Virus record (IMG/VR): IMGVR_UViG_3300020048_000083 | Span: 19,785 to 83,784 of that record | Reading direction: 5' to 3' (one strand) | Length of the DNA stretch: 64,000 bases | From: a virus | Taxonomy: Duplodnaviria; Caudoviricetes | In this document: piece after piece, positions 1 to 10,825 of the stretch | Numbering within the stretch: the first letter of the stretch is position 1 | Layout: every line of letters starts with the position of its first letter | Position numbers and translations under genes: made by a program | The notes under the pieces: model-generated | What the model was told of the DNA's origin: nothing | Seen by the model: only the letters and a program-made list of their open reading frames with translations | The model's database searches: none

Positions 1-858
1 TAATACAATTCTACTTTTGTTATAAATAAATTTAGGTATGTACACACTAAGTGCGCAGTCTATGTAACGCTTGCCGTCTTTAACTGACTCCCAATCCAAG
101 TAGTATGTTTGTTTTACGAACTCGGAAGAGTAATATTCATCCACAGTTGTATTGATTATGGTATGGGTAACTGGTAGTATATTTTGAAGACTAAACGCAT
201 CCAGAAACATATGCACGTTAGTTTTATTCAGGTAATAAAAATATTGTATCTCAGTAAATGATCGTCTACCATCGTTTACTGATACACCTGGAAATGGAAC
301 ATAATCAGTAGCACCTGTTGTAACAGCCCCGAGCGTTGGCTCCAAAGTATTTGTATAGTCTTGAGTTAAATGCGACGGTGGTAAATAGTAAAGAAAACCC
401 TCTGCGGTATTTCCGCTTGTGGTCATACCCGTATGCCACATATTGCGACCGCCCAATACTATTGGCTTCTCGAAATATTTGTCGCCGTCTGACTCTTTAT
501 ACGAAGTCAGTATCTCTTCAACTGGTTCCACTGTCGGGTACCGCCATACTGGACTACGTAAGGACATTAGATTGGTAGATAACGTTTTTCGTGGAATAAT
601 TTGATTACGATCAACCGTACCGCGAAGGTTTAGTATGTGTCCGAGCGTAGGTAAAGTTGGTGAATACGTACCACCGCTCAACATATCATAATTATACGTC
701 AAGCCGCTGTATACTAAATAATTGGCGCCAGAATCGCTAATTGAAAAGTATTTTGTACCATCAATTAATCCGCGATTGTAAAATTTTTCAACTCCAAGCG
801 GGGTTAAATAAACCAACATATCGTATTCCGTCATACCTGTTGTTTTCTCGAAACCCAT
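1..858 (-). CDS. Putative virion structural protein, partial (runs off window start)
   Basis: Not in ORF track. ATG at 858 next to the stop of the 883-aa gene; hand translation MGFEKTTGMTEYDMLVYLTPLGVEKFYNRG... stays open to base 1 (286 codons); 6 [ST]GxT motifs. Confidence 0.75.
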   Translation of the reverse strand, partial: MGFEKTTGMTEYDMLVYLTPLGVEKFYNRGLIDGTKYFSISDSGANYLVYSGLTYNYDMLSGGTYSPTLPTLGHILNLRGTVDRNQIIPRKTLSTNLMSLRSPVWRYPTVEPVEEILTSYKESDGDKYFEKPIVLGGRNMWHTGMTTSGNTAEGFLYYLPPSHLTQDYTNTLEPTLGAVTTGATDYVPFPGVSVNDGRRSFTEIQYFYYLNKTNVHMFLDAFSLQNILPVTHTIINTTVDEYYSSEFVKQTYYLDWESVKDGKRYIDCALSVYIPKFIYNKSRIVL

Positions 859-859
859 C

Positions 860-3511
860 TTAAAAGTCTATTACAGCATTGATTATCTGAACATCACTAT
901 TCAATTTTCGTTGTAACGGCTGGCTGAATTTACCTACCGCAACAACATTACCCTCGTCGTCGTAAACATCTACCTCGGTAAACGCTACCTTGTGAATGTT
1001 TTCGTTAAACGTTGGGTTATTCGATTTAATATACCTATTCGGAAGAACGGTCATATTCATAATCGATTTATAAGTTGTTGATTTTATTTTGGTATTAAGG
1101 TTGCCGAAAAAGAAAGTTTCATCACCAAATGTTATACCCGTGCTGCTTAACGTCGGTATACGAATAAAGTCCTGAAGCCTATATAGGTCGGTAGCCTGAA
1201 CAGCAAACGTCTGGTCATTAAGTGTAACCCTAAGGTCATTGACCTGAATAGGTTGATAGTCTGTTTGTACTACAACACTACCACCACCCGTATTATTCAA
1301 ATACAGTATGGTTATACGGGAGCCCGCTACAGGAATAAAATTATATATAACCCTATAAGGAAAACCAAGATTTACGCCAGCAACTACTGAATACATTGTA
1401 TCGTTCAATACAAGTCCATTATAGAACAGGTATACGTCGCCGTCAGGGACTTCATTTAGGTCAGAATAATAGTTACCACCACTCGTATAAATATCCCCAG
1501 TTGACGTGATGGTTGTAGGTACAAATATATCTTGTCTTATTGTGGTAGCTAAGATAACGGTGCCGATCAGGTAGCTAAACTGAAGTATATCACCAACAAC
1601 TAAATCGGTTGTTGTACCACCCGATAAACCGAAGAATATTTGGTCGCCAGACTGTACATAGTCACCGCAACTTGTACACCCAGTATTAGTATTTATGTCG
1701 CCGATAGTTGCAGCTTCTTTCAATACTAAACCGCCGAAGTTAGCAGCCTTTTTACGGGAAACAATAACATTGCCAATCGGCGTGTGCGTAAGGTTGTATG
1801 TAGTCTTGGATATATTGCTTACAACAACCGATTCAACAAATAATTCATAATTATTTGTTGTCGGCATAGCGATAGGTATACACCCGTTAGAGCCTATATA
1901 CGCATTAGCACTAAAGTAGTACCAGCTATCGGCATCGGGGCGGCTACCCTTATCAGTTTTTTGTACAATAAGTATGATATTATCGGCACTAAATCCCGTG
2001 CCGTCTGAACGCCTTTTAAGGTATGGAAACTCACTATACGTAGGGTCTGTAGAATCATTAGGGAACCTAAACAATACATCGGCGGTATCCTTATCGGTAC
2101 CTATACTTGCATAGTCTTCACAGTGTACACCAGTGAACCCGTTAACACTATCAATAAGTGCATATGTAACGTGTAATTCTTGGTCTTTGGTTATAACCCC
2201 AGCTGAACCAGAACCTGAGCACCTTCCAGCGTCCATATCCTGTAATATTGGTTTAGGTAATGTCCAGTTCCTGTTGGATTTCAACGACATAGCAGTAATA
2301 AGCTCTTCGTTTTCAATAACAACAATCTTCAGGTCTATGAATACTTTACCAACCGCTGTAGGTATTACCTCGGCATCTACCAGATCATAGTAACGTAAGT
2401 TGCCAGCCCAGTATTTCAATGTAGTATCGCATACAAATGTATACCCGATTGTATCGCCGAATCCAGCGCCGCCAAATTGCTTCTTATGCCACATTAATGT
2501 TGGTATATATAGCTCAAGAGTGGTTGAATAAAAGCCCTCTGCATAGTAGTTGTTAACGGTATTGTTGGTATAGTGTATTATACCCACTTTGTCCTGATGG
2601 TGGTTATCGGCGGCATATCGAAGGTATGGATATAAACCCATATAATTGGTGCCGATAATATGATCGTGACCCTTATACGTTACATGATCCAGCCCGACTA
2701 TATCCGATACATAGAATACATTCATATTCCACATAGGTACATCGTGTGAACCATTGCTGCAAGTATCAGTGAAATCAAGTAATCCCTGTGACCAGTAAGC
2801 GGATGGGTTAGACTCGTCAAACACATCTTCGATCATATTGTTCGCATAGAAATATGCATATCCCGTACTACCAGTAGTAGACCCCGTAAGGTTTAAGTCT
2901 GGTAATAACCTATCTACACCAACCGTAAAACCAGTGGCTGTGCTTCCCGTAATACTTGTAATTTGATACCATAGATACGGCACCGCATCATCGTCTATAA
3001 CCCAAGGCGAAAGTGTACCAGTATACCCAGTTTTAGGATACTTAACCAGCATAAGGTCGCCAATGGAAGGGGTAAGACCGCTTGGGTTTATCGGGGTTCC
3101 TGTAATTGTTGAACCAGCCTCATATACTATATCTATCGAAGTTCCGCCAGTAATATTTTCCTGCGGAACTGCGTAACCACCACAAAGTGTATAGCCAGAC
3201 ATTATAGTACTACCAGTAAAGAAACCTCGCTCCTTGGCATCAGCATACTGAACCATAGGGTATGATACAATAGACGTAATAGGTAAAATGTAATTGGTTC
3301 CCTCGCTGGGGATTAAATAGGTTGCAGCGGGTTGGTTATCGGCTGGGCGAAGTATATTCAAATACTCGGTATTGTCATTTGTGTACACCATTTCCCCATC
3401 ACTTAACGAAAAATTAGTGAACTTCAATTGCCCGATAGATAGTTGTTCCCTACCTTTGTCAGTTAACTTTACGTTAACCAATGGTTCTGTTTTTTTAATA
3501 ATATAACTCAT
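860..3511 (-). CDS. Virion structural protein (baseplate-region), 883 aa
   Basis: Long ORF in the baseplate block; Thr/Gly-rich beta-type sequence; C-terminus VAFTEVDVYDDEGNVVAVGKFSQPLQRK of a type common in large-phage structural proteins; TATTTATG box 14 nt upstream. Confidence 0.6.
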   Translation of the reverse strand: MSYIIKKTEPLVNVKLTDKGREQLSIGQLKFTNFSLSDGEMVYTNDNTEYLNILRPADNQPAATYLIPSEGTNYILPITSIVSYPMVQYADAKERGFFTGSTIMSGYTLCGGYAVPQENITGGTSIDIVYEAGSTITGTPINPSGLTPSIGDLMLVKYPKTGYTGTLSPWVIDDDAVPYLWYQITSITGSTATGFTVGVDRLLPDLNLTGSTTGSTGYAYFYANNMIEDVFDESNPSAYWSQGLLDFTDTCSNGSHDVPMWNMNVFYVSDIVGLDHVTYKGHDHIIGTNYMGLYPYLRYAADNHHQDKVGIIHYTNNTVNNYYAEGFYSTTLELYIPTLMWHKKQFGGAGFGDTIGYTFVCDTTLKYWAGNLRYYDLVDAEVIPTAVGKVFIDLKIVVIENEELITAMSLKSNRNWTLPKPILQDMDAGRCSGSGSAGVITKDQELHVTYALIDSVNGFTGVHCEDYASIGTDKDTADVLFRFPNDSTDPTYSEFPYLKRRSDGTGFSADNIILIVQKTDKGSRPDADSWYYFSANAYIGSNGCIPIAMPTTNNYELFVESVVVSNISKTTYNLTHTPIGNVIVSRKKAANFGGLVLKEAATIGDINTNTGCTSCGDYVQSGDQIFFGLSGGTTTDLVVGDILQFSYLIGTVILATTIRQDIFVPTTITSTGDIYTSGGNYYSDLNEVPDGDVYLFYNGLVLNDTMYSVVAGVNLGFPYRVIYNFIPVAGSRITILYLNNTGGGSVVVQTDYQPIQVNDLRVTLNDQTFAVQATDLYRLQDFIRIPTLSSTGITFGDETFFFGNLNTKIKSTTYKSIMNMTVLPNRYIKSNNPTFNENIHKVAFTEVDVYDDEGNVVAVGKFSQPLQRKLNSDVQIINAVIDF

Positions 3512-3537
3512 TCTACCTATTTTTCATAAATATTTTA

Positions 3538-6500
3538 TTATTCCGATTGCGTTGTAATTACTGCTTGGGCTTGCGAAGTACTTACTGTATTAAACTTAAT
3601 CACAGACGCGTTGCTTTTTACATTTGTACATAATAGCATGTAAATAGTAACAAAGTTGCCGCATGGGTCTTTAGCAGTTAACCTACCAATAAATTCTCCT
3701 GTAATCGGGTACCCAGCTAAATCCTTTGCGAAATCATAAACCAGATGTATTCCATCCGATTCATATTGAGCAGTCGCAGACCCATAGGCAAATACTTCTC
3801 TGGACGTTGCGTCCGACGCCGTATAAAACCTATTGATAGGGTCATCAAAAAAGTATTTGTTATACCCGTCCCTGAAATATAAATACCCATCTTTTTTATA
3901 AAACGCGACCAGTAACTGTTCCAACCTACTATCTATTCCAGTAACATCGCTTTCGTAAACTTTTACATAACTTTTACGCATAATACTATACGTTGTGCCA
4001 GTTAATGTGTTAGATTGATCTGGAACTGGTGTTCCGTTATCTGTATAACCAGTCCATGTGACGCCTGTAAATGGTGCTGGTAATTGATATACACCGTAAA
4101 GAAAAGCATTGCCATTATAAAACTGCGACCTATCAATGGCGTTCGACATTAATGTTATGGTTCTACCAGTATCACTAATAGTTTTACCAGAAACAAACGC
4201 CATATAATATTCGTGTTCAAAATCATAAACTTCTGTTGGCGCCGATGTATGACCAGATACACCACTCGGCGTAAATCTTATTGTGTCATATACATTATTA
4301 ATCATATATTGATATGTGTCGCCAGTAAACATAGTATAAACCCATTTACTTGTCATACCATCCCATAACTTATCGGCTTTAAAGTGAGAGTATGTGGAAG
4401 ATGTTGATCCACTCAGCATATACCCGCCAACACAGTCAATACGCTCTTCCTTTTTAAATGCACAATTAAAAGATTTTGGTTGTACTGTCAAATATATTTC
4501 ATCGTTAATATAGTAAAACCCTTCAAATACATAATCAAGAGTTCTACTTTGTACGGTTGAATACGAAGAGTTCGCAGAGCCGCCAACAATATACGATTTT
4601 TGATTGTAAACAAACCCATTAGCTCCCATTAATTTAATTATAACAGTCTGTTCAGTATCAATATCACTGTTATAAATTAAAGAAGCTTCTACTTTGATTA
4701 AATTATATCTGTTAACAATAAGGTAATTGTTATTGGTTCTATTAGCCAATGAAACAGTCGGTAACTCTGTATGGAAATCATCTGGTATATGATGATGTGT
4801 AGACGTATACCCACTATCTGCACGCAAATACTCCCAATTGGAGCCATAGCTATTGATAATCGGAAGTCGTGTATTTACATTTTTAGGACACGGTATATCG
4901 TCCGTTCCTACATTGGCATAAATACCATATACAGTTTTTGACGAGTAAAACGGGCCTAACCCTGCTAGCGTAGAGCCAGTGAGCGGGTAGAAACCTTCAA
5001 ACTGAAAATCCAAAGCCCCGCTCATAAATAATTGGTTTTCTATCGTCGACCCGCGCGGCGTAATACAAAGCGTCGGTAACGTAGTGCCAGTTAAATAAAA
5101 CTGGTACCCAAGACCACAAGTTTGAGTTAAATTAATATCAATTGTAGAATTGGTAGTATCAAGATCGAACTTATCTACATAAGTTGTATTCACATGCATT
5201 AACGGCGTAGTCATACCAGTAGTTAAACCAGACCTATTACCAACATACTGGTCATACATACCCGAAACATCACCAGTTTGACCCGTCATTCCAGTGGGAA
5301 TAAATGGAATAGCCCAAGCCCCAGCTGTACCCCCAACGGCATACTCTGGCGCCAAAGGGTTAGTGTTCATAGAGTAACCAAATGCATGCGGTTGTTTATA
5401 CCAAAATAATACACCGCTATCGCTAATGTAATACGCGTCTACCTTTGCAAGTACGAAATTAGAAAGGTTAACAGTATAATTAGCAGTAAGTGGTGTTTCA
5501 TTCTGAATAACAACAACCGTTTCGGTACTAGCTGATATTGACGTCGGGTAATAATAACACTCAAACTTAGTTTTTCCATGAGTTAAATCACCCTTAAATT
5601 TAAAAGGGTATGACGCTAATGTTTCGTTATTAATATCATTACAAAACGGGTGGACATAAATAGTTGGTTGGTCTTGGTAGTCTATAGCTGATCCAGTATA
5701 AATTATATCTAAATCATAACTGCAATAATACAAAGTATCTTTTTCTGGCGTGGTTGTATACGTGTTATTTCGCATACTGAATAGTTTAATACCATTGTTT
5801 ACAGATTCATCAAACAACGCTGTAGCTAAATCCTCGGTTACACTAAAGTCTATCTGGTTAGGGCTAAGCGGTAACATCCAGCTTGTTGTCGCAAAAAGAA
5901 ACTCTGGGTTTGTTATCATGCCAGTTAATAATGGGGCTCTGTATCCATCGTAATCATAATAACATACATGTGGCAGGGGCGGCGGAGTTATGAAATTAAT
6001 ATTTGTAGGTGATTTAGTAACCTTAAAGTCTTTTAGCCTTAACGTACATTCACCAGAATAAGAAACATCCTTAGCTAGAATACCTATGTGTACGTGTTGT
6101 TTGTTAGTCCTAAATTTAGTTTTTACGTGAATCCAATTGTACTTGTCATACAACTTTGCGCCAAAACTACCTTCCATTAAATCCCTATCCGTAACATAAC
6201 CATCTGGCGTTGTAGAACCAGTAAATAGCGGCATAATACCGACATACGAGTAAGCAGTGTTACCAGATACTTGCGTATCAAACATTATATCGCATTCAGC
6301 TTCATAATACTCATTGGCATTTATAGGAACATTCCGCAAACCGAAGACCATTAAATCTATTAATGGGTATAATGTATCGCCTGACGTAGGCAACGCTGCG
6401 AGTACTATTTTTATGCTACCAGTTGTACCCGTTGATACTAAACCAGCATAATACCCTACACCCAAATTTTCATCAAAGGTTACACCAGAAGTTGCCGTTA

Positions 6501-9297
6501 TAATATGTGCACCAGAAATATCTGTACTACCAGCTATAGATGCTATGGTAGGGAAATACATGTAATCTGTTGTTGTAGAAGACGTCATACCAGTAGTGGT
6601 ACCATAATTAGCATGCGCGGCTTCCAGCACGTTTTGCTGGCTCGCATAATGTCGGTAGAAGTCATAACTGTCTGCACTGAAATAGCCGCCTCTGGTTAAA
6701 TATGAATGAGCCTTATCAGATAGTTTAGCCTGTGTGAGAAAAATTATATTATTTCCATGCAGGTCTGGGCTTAATACACCGTCACAGTGAAATACGTCCA
6801 AATAACCGCTTGGGGACGGCTTCAGGGCTTCATCTTGGAATTCTGACCCATCTGTACCAGTCCAGCCCGTAGAGCTCCTTAAACCGTGCTTATACTGAAA
6901 TTTTGTGGTTGTTATATTTGCATTAGCATATTTTCTCCCAGCAAGAAAAATTGTTGTGGCTGGAATAAATTGTTGAAGTAACTTAACCCAATACGTATCA
7001 AACGTATTCATAAAACTTAAAGTCTTAACATAATCTATGGCTTTAAGGTTTAAAGTACCTGCATAATTCAGGTAATCCCAGTAAATTTTACTTAATACTG
7101 GGTATGTTTTTATAACCTTTCGGTTCTTAGGGTCGACCAGTTTACTGGTTATCTCCCTGATGTAATCATTGAACGTTAACTTAGAAGGTTCAACCGTCGC
7201 AGTAGACGTAGATATGTCATAATCATACTTGTTGTAGAATGAATACACATAATAATCTAACGTCATCTGGCTTGAAATAGCCGCGTCAGCCTCTTTCGAG
7301 TTTATGACCAATCGGCTATCCTTGATAATGTAATTGGTATCGCGAAGTAAAAAATCGTAGGACTGTTGAGTTTCGCCCGTAACTACTACCCAAGATTTTT
7401 TATTGTCTATGGTGCGATTAAGATCAAACGCTTTAATAGCACCAAACTTGCGGAACGTATCTAAATAGGTTTTACCGTTATCATAAGCTCCTATGTTTTG
7501 CGCGTTATTGAGCATACTACCACCATTAGCCTGAAAATATGTGTACGGCGGCGTTGTCGGATACCCGTCTGTATCAATAGGGTAATCGGTTATACTTTGA
7601 TTGAATATATTGTATAGATCATCGTATGGTAACTGGTGATCGGCAACATAAACATACTCGTTTATATCCATAATTTCCAACGGAATACCGACCAATTCTA
7701 ATGCAAATTCGATAGATTTTCTTGTACCCTTGGACTTGAATAAATAGAATGAGTTAATGATAATGCGGCGCCATAGCTCTATGTCTATTTCCGCTGGTGT
7801 ATCATCGCCCTGCCTATCAGCCGAAACGTCAAACAGCGACTCGATTAATGTGTCGTCCTGTTCAATCTCATACGTCTTCCAGCCAAGCATATGCGCAAAG
7901 TTTTTCAGTAAAACATCGGGCACGTTGTCAAGCTTATCGTAAGATACTTTTGTCATATACGATATACCATCGGCATACTTCTTTACATTGTCGAACATAG
8001 CCCCGTATGTCTGCCACGTAACATATGTTTTACGCTCAGGTGTATCAAACTCCTGCAAAGACTCGGCGGTTAAGAACCTCGAAATAAGGTCTGTTTTGAA
8101 CCTGTCAAACTCGTCGGCAATGAACTGAAGATCGGTTGTATATTTATCGAACGGGTCGTTAAAAATATCCAAATTGTAATCATCATACATCGGGAATCGC
8201 ATTGTCTGCGGTATAATTTGGAACGTACCATCTTCCAGTCGGTGCGGAACATCCAATACGGCGGTATATAGTGGGTTACTCTTAGGGTTTAGTAAGTATG
8301 CCGTTAAATCCGACGTTGTAGAATAAAAATCATCCCACACCTTCTTTATCGGCTTGATATAAAAATTAGTATTTGCGGTTCCATTGACAGAAACAACGGA
8401 AGCAAATGGATCACCCTGTACAATAAGAACCAGCCCGTTAGGGTCATTCCTACGCGTAGGTAAAACGACGCTTACAATCTGGTACGATGCCCCGTTGTAA
8501 TATACTTCATATTTTTTATAATTCTTAGCAAAATTACGCAACGGAGATATATATTCCTGCTGAGTTGCGGTTAAACCCGTCTTGTAGTAATCTATGGTAA
8601 ACGGGTTGTTTATGGTAGCTATGCGTACCTTGAACATAGCCGATCTACCCTCGTTCTGTGAAAAATAATCGAATACCGATGTTTCTGTAATAGAAAACGG
8701 TACAACGTGCATAGACGCTGGGAACGTTTCTGCGATTTCTTGTAAGGTAACACGAAATCTTTCCGATAATGACGCGTATGTAACATACTTTTCAAGATTA
8801 GATTTATCAAACCTAACCTTGGCTGTCACATTTTGTGTTACCTGAGCCTTTAGAGCCTCAATGCCGTCAAACGTAAAGTCTAAACCAACATAACCCTTTT
8901 TACTGTCAGCCAGAGTAAATATAGCGTCCTGTTTTTGGTTAATACTTGTTGTAATAGTAAAGTTACCAAGAGTAAAGATAGGATCACCAGCAACAGCGTC
9001 CGTCTGTGCAAATTGGTACCCGACTAACTTATCACCAAAAACCTCTTTACCCTGCGCCACAATCTCTCCCTGATGAATAGTGAGTTGCGTAGCCTGCTGG
9101 TAATCGGCGGCAGTAGCACAAGGTATGTACTTAATTGTACCATTTACCAAATATGCCCGATACCCGTCAAAGCCCCAGATTTTAGCTTGGTTAACGGCTT
9201 CTGCGGCTGTATCAAACATATACTCCAACAGTGGGTCTGTTGAGTATGTGGTTTGGTTTACCATACTAAAATCAATACTCCCTAAATCAGTATTCAT
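3538..9297 (-). CDS. Large baseplate wedge protein (gp7/P2 gpI-like core plus long C-terminal extension), 1919 aa
   Basis: Central motif LLKNFAHMLGW...ELWRRIIINSFYLFKSKGTRKSIEFALELVG resembles P2 gpI/T4 gp7 wedge domains; downstream of gp6- and gp25-like genes. Confidence 0.6.
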   Translation of the reverse strand: MNTDLGSIDFSMVNQTTYSTDPLLEYMFDTAAEAVNQAKIWGFDGYRAYLVNGTIKYIPCATAADYQQATQLTIHQGEIVAQGKEVFGDKLVGYQFAQTDAVAGDPIFTLGNFTITTSINQKQDAIFTLADSKKGYVGLDFTFDGIEALKAQVTQNVTAKVRFDKSNLEKYVTYASLSERFRVTLQEIAETFPASMHVVPFSITETSVFDYFSQNEGRSAMFKVRIATINNPFTIDYYKTGLTATQQEYISPLRNFAKNYKKYEVYYNGASYQIVSVVLPTRRNDPNGLVLIVQGDPFASVVSVNGTANTNFYIKPIKKVWDDFYSTTSDLTAYLLNPKSNPLYTAVLDVPHRLEDGTFQIIPQTMRFPMYDDYNLDIFNDPFDKYTTDLQFIADEFDRFKTDLISRFLTAESLQEFDTPERKTYVTWQTYGAMFDNVKKYADGISYMTKVSYDKLDNVPDVLLKNFAHMLGWKTYEIEQDDTLIESLFDVSADRQGDDTPAEIDIELWRRIIINSFYLFKSKGTRKSIEFALELVGIPLEIMDINEYVYVADHQLPYDDLYNIFNQSITDYPIDTDGYPTTPPYTYFQANGGSMLNNAQNIGAYDNGKTYLDTFRKFGAIKAFDLNRTIDNKKSWVVVTGETQQSYDFLLRDTNYIIKDSRLVINSKEADAAISSQMTLDYYVYSFYNKYDYDISTSTATVEPSKLTFNDYIREITSKLVDPKNRKVIKTYPVLSKIYWDYLNYAGTLNLKAIDYVKTLSFMNTFDTYWVKLLQQFIPATTIFLAGRKYANANITTTKFQYKHGLRSSTGWTGTDGSEFQDEALKPSPSGYLDVFHCDGVLSPDLHGNNIIFLTQAKLSDKAHSYLTRGGYFSADSYDFYRHYASQQNVLEAAHANYGTTTGMTSSTTTDYMYFPTIASIAGSTDISGAHIITATSGVTFDENLGVGYYAGLVSTGTTGSIKIVLAALPTSGDTLYPLIDLMVFGLRNVPINANEYYEAECDIMFDTQVSGNTAYSYVGIMPLFTGSTTPDGYVTDRDLMEGSFGAKLYDKYNWIHVKTKFRTNKQHVHIGILAKDVSYSGECTLRLKDFKVTKSPTNINFITPPPLPHVCYYDYDGYRAPLLTGMITNPEFLFATTSWMLPLSPNQIDFSVTEDLATALFDESVNNGIKLFSMRNNTYTTTPEKDTLYYCSYDLDIIYTGSAIDYQDQPTIYVHPFCNDINNETLASYPFKFKGDLTHGKTKFECYYYPTSISASTETVVVIQNETPLTANYTVNLSNFVLAKVDAYYISDSGVLFWYKQPHAFGYSMNTNPLAPEYAVGGTAGAWAIPFIPTGMTGQTGDVSGMYDQYVGNRSGLTTGMTTPLMHVNTTYVDKFDLDTTNSTIDINLTQTCGLGYQFYLTGTTLPTLCITPRGSTIENQLFMSGALDFQFEGFYPLTGSTLAGLGPFYSSKTVYGIYANVGTDDIPCPKNVNTRLPIINSYGSNWEYLRADSGYTSTHHHIPDDFHTELPTVSLANRTNNNYLIVNRYNLIKVEASLIYNSDIDTEQTVIIKLMGANGFVYNQKSYIVGGSANSSYSTVQSRTLDYVFEGFYYINDEIYLTVQPKSFNCAFKKEERIDCVGGYMLSGSTSSTYSHFKADKLWDGMTSKWVYTMFTGDTYQYMINNVYDTIRFTPSGVSGHTSAPTEVYDFEHEYYMAFVSGKTISDTGRTITLMSNAIDRSQFYNGNAFLYGVYQLPAPFTGVTWTGYTDNGTPVPDQSNTLTGTTYSIMRKSYVKVYESDVTGIDSRLEQLLVAFYKKDGYLYFRDGYNKYFFDDPINRFYTASDATSREVFAYGSATAQYESDGIHLVYDFAKDLAGYPITGEFIGRLTAKDPCGNFVTIYMLLCTNVKSNASVIKFNTVSTSQAQAVITTQSE

Positions 9298-10202
9298 TAT
9301 TTAATCACGTTAGCTCGGCTTTTATTGTAATCTATTTCTGTTCTGCGTTTTCGAACTTCAAAAAGTTTGGCACCAGTATTATCCCTGACCTCATACAGGT
9401 CATACTGCGCAAAGATGTTGTTTTCAAAATCGTACAATGTGTAAATACCATCGTCAATTGACTTGCTTTGTTCGCCATATAGTGCAATGTTCAAGGTTTC
9501 CATATCGTAGTCAACCATTTCAATTTCCATATACATTGGGTTGAAATTGGTGTTGGTGATAATTACGGTCTGACCCTTCTGACCAATGAACGGCGGCGAA
9601 GTTGGCTTATAGCTTGGGGCTATATTTGGCGTAACCGTCACAAACAACTTGGTACCCGAATTGGTGTACTTATACCTAATCGTTTTCTGATTGGCGTTTG
9701 AGCTTGTTTCGGTTACAGCCTCAGCTAAAAATGATGAAGTTACTATACGGAATAGGTTTGGTATTTTTGCCTTATTAGACGGCGATATGTACTCGATGCG
9801 ATACCCATCCAGACCGTTATTAATAAACTTTGTTACAAATTCTGTTGGAACAGCCTGTGTATCAAATACTAATCCAGCAATGTCTGGAAACGCAGCTAAG
9901 CTACCGCAATCCTCTATGGTCATACGTATTTGCGCTGGACGTATGTAAACCCCATAGATACCTTTTTTCGTGAATATACTATTAGGTAGCTCTAAGTTGT
10001 ACAAACCACCCATAATTTCGACCGTTGACACGGCGCCAGTGGAACTGACGTTGAATAGTGGTTTTATTACGTCCGTACCAGCAAACCGCTGGAACGTTTG
10101 TTGCTCACCTGCGTTGCGGCTTGCGCTATATGCCACTATTACCTCAATATCTACTGGGGCAACATCGGCTGGTCTTTTTGTACCGTAAACTCCTACTGAC
10201 AT
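9297..10202 (-). CDS. Conserved hypothetical structural protein, 301 aa
   Basis: Long ORF with 1-nt stop/start overlap in the baseplate operon. Confidence 0.55.
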   Translation of the reverse strand: MSVGVYGTKRPADVAPVDIEVIVAYSASRNAGEQQTFQRFAGTDVIKPLFNVSSTGAVSTVEIMGGLYNLELPNSIFTKKGIYGVYIRPAQIRMTIEDCGSLAAFPDIAGLVFDTQAVPTEFVTKFINNGLDGYRIEYISPSNKAKIPNLFRIVTSSFLAEAVTETSSNANQKTIRYKYTNSGTKLFVTVTPNIAPSYKPTSPPFIGQKGQTVIITNTNFNPMYMEIEMVDYDMETLNIALYGEQSKSIDDGIYTLYDFENNIFAQYDLYEVRDNTGAKLFEVRKRRTEIDYNKSRANVIK

Positions 10203-10216
10203 ACTATTAATATTTT

Positions 10217-10825
10217 TTAAATTATTCCGCCGCTATACAGTTTAAAGAATCCGAACCCAGTTTTCTCTAATTCCTGTATATTGGTAACTGTTTTTAACCG
10301 TTTAAACGATTCAAAGACGTTATTTACACCCCTATTGATAAATAGATTACTATCCAGAATTGGTTCATCAATTATACCCCAGTGCTGTAATATAAATGCT
10401 GTTCCACTCGGATACCCTGTCGCTTTAGGCACTTTGTACCTATAAGTGGTTACCCCGTTCTTCTCTTCGTACCAAATTGACGGGTACTCATATTCATCGG
10501 TTGTACTTTGTGGGTCATAGTCATCCACCAAATACATCCTGTATGCTTTATACTCTGGATCGTCAGCTGTTATAACCGCTTTAATATCAGTCCCACGAAT
10601 AGTTACTGTCTTTCCTACGGCATAATCTTTGGCTGCAAAAGACTTTAATATAAACGATAATTTGCTGGTTGTAGTACCAGTAATAAAATCAGTTAAATCT
10701 GTATAGTCTACCGACTCGGTTGTGCCAGATAACGGCTTCAACAAGCCCATAGCCTTGCCGTCGCATTCTAACGGTATGATAAACGATACCTTATCCGTTA
10801 GCTTATTTATGTTCATCTGTATCAT
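10217..10825 (-). CDS. Hypothetical structural protein, 202 aa
   Basis: ORF coupled to neighbours in the baseplate operon. Confidence 0.55.
   Translation of the reverse strand: MIQMNINKLTDKVSFIIPLECDGKAMGLLKPLSGTTESVDYTDLTDFITGTTTSKLSFILKSFAAKDYAVGKTVTIRGTDIKAVITADDPEYKAYRMYLVDDYDPQSTTDEYEYPSIWYEEKNGVTTYRYKVPKATGYPSGTAFILQHWGIIDEPILDSNLFINRGVNNVFESFKRLKTVTNIQELEKTGFGFFKLYSGGII

Noticed and set aside
336-604. Plus-strand ORFs of 80 and 61 aa
   Set aside because: Antisense to the uninterrupted minus-strand ORF at 1-858.
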